Assembly (NCBI GenBank): GCA_973895155.1
Contig: OZ316892.1
Span: forward strand, 1,925,223 to 1,989,222
Origin: Marsupella aquatica
Taxonomy: Eukaryota; Plantae; Marchantiophyta
Direction: 5' to 3'
DNA length: 64,000 nt
Shown here: positions 59,671 to 64,000 of the stretch, in pieces
How the letters are laid out: each line of letters starts with the position of its first letter
Position numbering within the stretch: the stretch's first letter is position 1
Translations under genes and position numbers: made by a program
The notes under the pieces: generated by a model
What the model was told of the DNA's origin: nothing
Databases searched by the model: none
What the model saw: only the letters and a program-made list of their open reading frames with translations

Positions 59671-61649
59671 ACAGCTGATAATGACAAAACTTAAAGTGAG
59701 GGTGAACAAAAATCTAAGGATGGGGCAAAAATAATCTAAATTGACATTGACTCTAAATGAAGATGAAACTGAAATGAGGGTGGACAAAAAACAAAGATGG
59801 GGCAGAGATAAACCAAAATAGCATAGACTTCATTTGGTACATTTTTTTTAATTCATATCTATTAGGTCAAGGAAGGGGTAATCAGGCTAGTTCTCAAAAA
59901 ATCTCATGGATGGGAAACAAATAGGCCAATTACAAGATAGCATAAAGGGACAATTCCCTCTCAGAGGCCGGAAATGCACTAGGGCCCAAAGATGAGCAAC
60001 TACCACACCACTAACAGGCATAATACTTGCAACAGCACCACACCAAAAACCAGCTACAAAAAGCCGAGGGAGGGGGGATCGAGGGGGGGGGGCGCTGTCA
60101 TAAAAAATGAGGACCAGTAGCACATGAGGGCCCAAGATATAGCAACTACCACACTGCCAGAAGGCAAATACCCTGCCACAACACACAAAAAACCAGCAAC
60201 AACCAGCCCAATCAAGTACATCGCACCCACTAAAGAGAGCTCTAGAGGAAAACGCAGACCAAAGTAATGCACAACCCCTTGTATATGGCCAGTGGTGGTT
60301 TAAAGATATGCTCATTTCTACCTGGCCATCAAGCCCATTGAATTTAGTAGAGCAATAATAGAGACCCTAATAATCAAACACTTTTAGAGCATCGCAGCAA
60401 CAAGAAAAGATATGGGGAATGCTATCTAATGCCTCAGGGCAAGAGGCACAAATGCCCGGGCTGACTCCAATAGCAAGAGCTCAAGATCCAGTGAATAACC
60501 TGCCAACCAATGATTGTCAAATGAATATATTCACTTGGGTATAGAGATCCAAGCTCCAAAGGCCTAATAGGGCATGTCGAAGCAAGGCTGCAACTAAGTT
60601 ACAGCCAAGGACATAACGTGCTTTTTTGGCCAGGACAACAATGTTACAGGCTACTCTAGATACCCCATAAGAAAGGTGTGTCCAAAAAGTAACAGCTTTA
60701 AGATTTTGCTTCTGGCAGTGCTGTGACACATCCCGATAAACACTTTTCCCATTCCATTTGCTAAACTAAAGTTCAGTTTAATGATGGGGCCTGAAAACAG
60801 GCCCCATCAAATATTGTGAAAATAAAGGTGATGCTATTCCATGACTGTGCGTGTTCTGCTCAAACCTGGATCCTGTTCATACTCTGCATCACAATTGTAT
60901 ATTTAGTCACAGAGTCTATTCCATTTCTCTTCTCATAGTTTCAAGCCCGGTTTTTTCATTTAGAAATCTGACACTAATTGACCCTAAGACTCTCCCAGAA
61001 GATACTTTCCTACCTACTCCATGCACCAGTAAAATTTCAGCCCATTCCATTGAGGAAATGTGATGCTAAAATTTTGCATTACTTGGATTAGTTTTTGCCA
61101 GAAATTACCAATTGTGACAGTTTTTCTGGAAAAGCTTACTCCTCCACTTTTGTAGACATCTGATTCCTGCTTCGGAGCTTGGTTTACTCTAAACATTCCC
61201 TGGTTTACCAGCCAATAGCACATACATTCAGTCCATATATTCTATTGAGGAATGTGAAGCTAGAAATTCAGGAGAATTCAGGTGTGTTAAGTAAGAAATA
61301 TGTTTGGTGAACTATTGAGTTCAGCATATTGTGATCAAACTCTGTTTGGTTATGGCCTGGTTTACTTGGGCTCGGAATACTCCCATAATCAAATATAATA
61401 AAAAAAGTCTACCCCTTAAATGTTTTTAGGAGTGCCATCAAAGTGGTTTACTTCTTACCCCTTCAATTTCAAGGGATCAGTTCCTGGAGAAAGAAATTCA
61501 TACAAAGCCCCTTAAATTACAATGAGAGGTACAGCATTGGAAAATGAACCCACAAAACCAAACAAGCACTCCCAGGACAATAAAATGGCCAGCCATTTCA
61601 ATACAATGTCAAAAGAAAGGGGTCAAAGCATCAATATGTAGCTGAAGCT

Positions 61650-62400
61650 CAGAATGTCAGGCAGAAGTTTAAACTCTGAAGAAAAACCAAACCCCAAGGA
61701 GTCATTAGACTGCCTTCCAAGCAACTCGTGAAAATGGAAGATTCCAACTTTTTCCGCACGAGTAGAAAATAGGAAATGTTCCAATCATCCTTGTCGGTGT
61801 CCAACTCAACATCAGTACTCCGTATGAAATCATCACTGCCTATTGCTTTTAGCTGGGCAGGACAAAATGAAGAGACCAGACCCCAGGTGAATTTTGCCAC
61901 CATTGCAAGACCCAAGAAGTTTGGCGGGCTAGATTATTTTCACTCTCAACAAAATTCAAATCACTCAATGGCAATTTAGTTAGTTGGGCTTTGGGGCATA
62001 GGATGACCATCCTATGCATAGCATTCTGCAGCACATGATCAAATTGGGATCAGAGGATTTCTCCTAGGTCTCTCAATGTTGCATGTTCCCGCAAGATGAA
62101 TCACTAGTTTGGACTAATATTTGCATGGGTTGGAGTAGAATCAAGAAGAATCTGATACCTGCCGCTCCCAGCCATCTTGTGAGCCATTTGTTTAAATTTT
62201 CCTTAAGTGAAGGGAATCAAACCCCAATTAAGCCGATCAGCCTTCCAAGCAGAGCCCCTCCTATCTGCTTCCCTTGTATAGACTCTAAAACCCTGCAACC
62301 ACAATCTATATATTTTAAGCCCCCACCCACAATTGCTCCCTACAAAGCATTGAACATACACAATGACATCAGCATACATTGCATATAGACAAAAAGAACT
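61650..62400 (+). mobile_element. Degraded LINE ORF2 fragment (region downstream of RT)
   Basis: IAFSWAGQNEETRPQVNFATIARPKKFGGLD matches the LINE FlW.g....v.W..i..PK..GGLG motif, followed by SLVWTNICMGWSRIKKNL. Frameshifted. Confidence 0.65.
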
Positions 62401-63534
62401 CATACTGGCCATAACCACTACACCTAGTGCCTGGCAATATTGGCTCTGTCTGGATTCTGGGTCATTCCACAAGCCATGGAGAGATGGCTTACTAGGCCCC
62501 TCCTCATCCAAAGACAACGTTGGCACATAGGCAAACACCCTCTCTTTCCCCTTGCAACCCTACAAACAATACTTTGATGGTCTGCAAATAATCAGTCTTA
62601 GGAAAGGCAATACAATCTGCCAAAGGCACAAGTCACCTAGAGAGTCTCCAAATACAGGACCCCTCTCGAGAGACTTAGGGTCAGAGAAATCATCCTTTGA
62701 GGTAACAAAATAGGTGCAGCCTAGGAGGATTTAGCTTCGTTGTAGACAATCCAATTTTAAAACTTGTCATCACCATATATATACAACAATTACAAAACAA
62801 AAGCACTAAGAAGCAACTTGAAGCAATGACAAAAGGATGCACAATGCCAAAATAATCTACAAAGAAATGATGATAAGTTTCAAGAAGTAAGCTTATCAGC
62901 TGGTGCCACAGATGAGCACTTAAGGAAAACTTAAAGAAATGGCTCACAATGAACAAAAATATCAGGACAACATAGGGTTATAAAATCTAGAGAACATATT
63001 AACAAAATTCAAGAATACCATAATAATACAGAAAGAAAAACACACCAGTTAAGCCCAACTAAACAAGCTATAACTATAGATGAGCTGGATTATGAGTCAT
63101 GGGAACAAGCCCCAATCCGTGCTGACTGTTTGACAACATGAGCACACTCATTGACCAATATGTAAACATCCAGGCAGGCAAAAGGGCATGAGGCCGACAA
63201 AATTATGCCTAAGTGGATTTTTAAAATCAAGATGTAACTGTTTATTAATGCCAATTATAGGCTGGTCTCGTGCGATAATGAGAGTGGGTACTACTTTACG
63301 TCATTATTCAATTTATTACAATACCAAAATGCCATGGTTTTTAGTTGGCAGGTTCCTGGGTTAACTTTGTGAAATCTAGATCCAAATTCCCCCTCTACAC
63401 TAATTGCTGATGGCCCAGACTGCGGGAAAAATGTCATAGGCACCGTTGTTGCACTTTGCTCCACCCTTACCAGAGCTTCCAGGTGAAGTGTCTGTTAGGA
63501 TTTACTCTTAGATCTAGAGTAACGACTGTACCGT

Positions 63535-63668
63535 AGTTAGAGCTAATCTTAGTCGCATACTAGGTTAGGTTAGTCATGCTGTGCATACTTTACATCCAAA
63601 CGATGTTTGCTTGGAGAGTAGGAACTCAGGCTCATTGTTACGGAGCCAATTGAGAGATAAGGAGAGCT
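63535..63668 (-). repeat. Dispersed repeat family A, inverted partial copy
   Basis: ctaggttaggttagtcatg...tgtttgcttgga.ag..ggaactcaggctcattgttacggagcca.ttgaga is the reverse complement of ~4050-4170. Confidence 0.8.
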
Positions 63669-64000
63669 TAACCAGGTTGCACTGAGAGAAAGATTGGGTT
63701 ATGAGACTCCAGGCACCCTTTGGCTAACCTAGCTCGGGCTCGGGTGAAAGTCTTCCTGTAAAAATGGCATAATATACTCATCTCTGTCTAAACACGCTAA
63801 TATGCAATCTCAATCTTTATTTGTCATGGTCTACTTACAAAATGTTATTCTAGCCAGAAGCCTGCCTCCTCAGCCATAGGATTATGGAGACATTTTTTCA
63901 TGAATATGAGATGGAGCTAAAGCTGCCACTATGCTTTTTCACGTCCGACCCGTCACTCCTCCTAGCTCACATGCTCCTTGAAATTCCATTATCAAGCCAA

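Overview
Eukaryotic land-plant nuclear DNA, probably from a non-seed plant (lineage is inferred, not proven). Host genes: a 2-exon F-box gene, intronless AP-5 mu subunit, intronless TOM1-like VHS-GAT protein, a P-class PPR protein, 20S proteasome alpha-6 (PAF/PSMA1) and 4-exon glycine cleavage H protein. They are separated by AT-rich DNA with LINE, SINE and MITE relics and local tandem duplications. The standout is an apparently intact 11.4-kb hAT DNA transposon at 43681-55087, with CCCGGTTT termini and a perfect 8-bp TSD (AGCCAAAT). Besides a full BED-DUF659-hATC transposase, it carries an intronless protein kinase, an intronless coiled-coil/RING-H2-like protein and a ~257-nt pre-miRNA-like hairpin inside a private repeat array. 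Its ends are long mirrored promoter-like subterminal regions, and its genes are convergent. A decayed relative of the same family (interrupted by a MITE) and a mitochondrial ccmFN fragment lie just upstream. No rRNA, intact tRNA or CRISPR array was found.
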